A stretch of DNA of 64,000 nucleotides from Podarcis filfolensis. Lineage: Eukaryota. Position numbers and translations under genes: made by a program. Positions 61,293 through 64,000 of the stretch are shown here, in pieces. The DNA lies in the NCBI GenBank assembly GCA_964270895.1, contig OZ185440.1; one strand, written 5' to 3'. Every line of letters begins with the position of its first letter. Position 1 is the stretch's first letter. Under the pieces are notes generated by a model. It was not told the DNA's origin, did no database searches, and was given only the letters and a program-made list of their open reading frames with translations.

Positions 61293-61342
<50 letters not shown>
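61293..61342. repeat. (AG)25 microsatellite
   Basis: Read directly. Confidence 0.95.
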
Positions 61343-61348
<6 letters not shown>

Positions 61349-63134
61349 AGGGAGCTCACATCTCTTTCCTTGCAGCATAAGCTTATCAACAGAGCCTCCC
61401 TTTGCAGGAGTAGTCTACCCCTCCAACAACATGTTTCATTCCTATCAGTTTCCTTACTGCTCTTCACATGTAGACACAGGCAGAGACAAAGCAGGAGCTG
61501 TGCTGTATCCTTCTATTCCAAATAGCATACAGCTCCCTGCCCCACCTCTCTTTTGGTGAGTCAGAAAAAAAGCCAGCTGCACATTCAGCTCCATAAATTA
61601 TATGTACACACAGAGAGATGCACGCTCAGGGGAGGAAAGTTTGGGGTGCGGGTGGGGAAATCAGCAAGTACCTTTAAAAGAATACATTGCATGCCAGTTT
61701 ATTTGTCTCAAAAGGTATCATTTTTGGCATCATCGTTAAGTTATTGGGTGTAAAAATAATAACGCAGGGGTGTATGCATATATATATATTTATCTAACTA
61801 AGTTGTGTAGGTGTTTGATATGTGATGCCTATGTTGGGCATCAGCTGCTGTATTCCTAAATAAGTAAGAAGTGGGGAGGGAATGCAGTTAGTTGCTTCCT
61901 AAAAATTGAGATGATAGGGCCATGGGATTTCCACCAAAGAAGGGATCGGAAAAGGCAGCTACCCAGACAGAAGAGGGGCAGTTGGAGGACATTCTGCATT
62001 CATGCTGCACAGTCTACTCTGCCATCTCACTCTGCTGCATGCACAACCTTGGGCTCATCTTCATTCCAGGGATAGGGCCCTGGCTCCAGGGGCATTGCTA
62101 GAAGCTACTTAAAGGACTTGGGGCACAGGCCCAAGACACATTTTTTAAAAAATAACATTCACGTGTTAATTTATATGTATAGACACTACCGGGCAAATTA
62201 AGATGATGAGTACTGTGCTTTAGTGTAAGCAAAGTTATATATATCTAGAACTGGGGTTCAGGCCCACTGTCCTACCCTCTTACAAAGAGGTGGGGGAACT
62301 GTTTGGCTTCGAGCAGGACAGGTTAACTTTGACAGGTGGACGGAATTTGAGACAACTCATCTGTCAGTTGCATGGTGTCATTATGACATCACATGGTTGA
62401 TGGGTGGGATGTTGGGTGCTTGGGAACCACTGCTCAAGGGGTGCTGCCAGCCCTACGCTTGCTGCATTGGGAAGAGCCTAACACCCCACCCCAAGTCAGG
62501 CTCAGTGCCAGTTGCTCGCTCCCACTGATCATTTGTTCAGCCTACTCACCAAATGTTTGACTTTGAGTACTTGGTTGGCTCAAGTACCACTATGGGGCTT
62601 TCTTTTCTTTTTTTGTATGTGTGTGCATTTTACTTTTCTAGGAGAAGAAACCGAGCACACCTGTAGTTAGGCTGAATCTGACAGGCTCTGCTATTTTCCC
62701 CAAAGCTGACTGAGTTTCTGGGCAGCCATGATAAATACAGCCCCCATCTGCCAGCTCCTGATAAAGAGCTCACAGAATGTCTTGCTAATGGGAAAGAGGA
62801 TAAATGGGCCTGAACTGAGGCTCCATTTCAGACAAAATGCCCGATATTAATCTTGTCAACAAGGATAAGAAGGGAGGCAGGTTAACTGAGTGCATTGCTG
62901 GCAGACAATCAAGCAGCAGTAGTGTTTTGCACCACTGTTGTTCTGATTGCAGCCGGTGCTTAGATGTTAAACAAAATTCTCAGTTTCGGTAATATGATGA
63001 TGACACAGGCATTGGCCAACAACAGGGATGCAGAGGGCTCAGTAGATGACAATTTCATAACTGGAATCACAGATCCCCAAGATTCAGCTTTCAAGTTTGC
63101 CAGCTTCTTTGATGGGCTGCTGTCTCCCTAACAC

Positions 63135-63256
63135 AGGGACGGGCCACTTATGGCCCAACTCCCACCAGCCCTCGGCATTCCTGGTAACTATGATGGCTGG
63201 GGCTGAAGGAAGTTGGAGTCCAACAACATCCACAGGGCCACAGGTTCCCCATCCCT
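63135..63256. mobile_element. Degenerate hairpin MITE
   Basis: caactcccaccagccc ... ggctggggctgaaggaagttggagtcc inverted arms; same class as 54762-54897. Confidence 0.55.
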
Positions 63257-64000
63257 CCTTTGAGAGCAGTTTGATGTGCAGATAGCAGCAGGTACTATTG
63301 ATTTCTTTCTCCCAATGAAAGCCTTCCCTGCTGATTTCTGCAGATCAAGTGGCTGTCGAAAGCACACGAGCAAACAAAGCTGTTTTATCTGGCCAGCTGG
63401 CAACCCGGTCAGCACCCTCAGTATTGGAGAGCGGCTCATTGAGGGCCTGAGTGGAAGCATCAGTGATGTCCCCCAAAGGAAAGTGCTGAAATCCATACAG
63501 CTCCATGGAGAAGTTGCTGCTGATTTCAGCACAGCAAGACAGATCCCAAGTTGCACCGAGGCTGGCACAAAAGAAACCTGAGTTGCTGGGATTGTTACAG
63601 TAGCTCACTGGGAAAATATGCATGTGAAATGACCAAGGCCCCTGGTAATGACTATGTTAAAATACAGTCTGGATCAGATTGAGCTGGACCGTGCATGTCT
63701 AATATTAGGTTGAATTCAATGGCAGTTTTGCGGTAATAGAAAACACTTCTGCTTATGCAAGGCAGGAAAAACACCAGAAAACCATGAAACCCTCTCCAAC
63801 CTGCCAACCACCCAGCTTATATCACCGTGTTGAAGTGTTGGTTATGATAGGACTTTGTGTTGTCTCAGCTGCTCCTGAACTGGGCAAGAGTGGGCTTTCA
63901 CAACTGTTTGTGTAGCTGTAGCAGCAGCATATCCCTGCCCCCCAAAATGGTGTATAGGATTGCTCAGTTAAAGTCTCATTTAGTTCACCAGGAATGGTAA

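Noticed and set aside
60580-61753. ORFs around 60.6-61.7 kb
   Set aside because: No recognisable product; partly microsatellite-derived. A GTGAGT at about 61556 could be a donor, but nothing else supports an exon.

Overview
Vertebrate genomic DNA from a squamate, very probably a lacertid lizard, judged from a full-length Sauria SINE plus CR1, RTE, hAT and Tc1/mariner MITE families. I reconstructed six complete GT-AG spliced protein-coding genes by hand, in strictly alternating orientation: CFAP57 (-, 22 coding exons, 1248 aa), EBNA1BP2 (+, 9, 306 aa), CFAP144/FAM183A (-, 4, 137 aa), PIF1 (+, 12, 640 aa), SNAPC2 (-, 5, 331 aa) and an unnamed ZPBP/Sp38-family gene (+, 10, 547-557 aa). They form three compact head-to-head pairs, each joining a housekeeping or cell-cycle gene to a motile-cilium or putative sperm gene. 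The main candidates for new biology are: (1) the ZPBP-like gene, which unlike mammalian ZPBP1/2 encodes a type-I membrane protein with five tandem 16-aa acidic-dileucine repeats in its cytoplasmic tail; (2) a 2.07-kb, TSD-flanked, polyadenylated L1-like non-autonomous retroelement with an intact 213-aa ORF in EBNA1BP2 intron 7; (3) a 64-bp duplication that makes EBNA1BP2 intron 1 antisense to a CFAP57 branch point. All family assignments rest on remembered sequences and motifs; no database searches were run.
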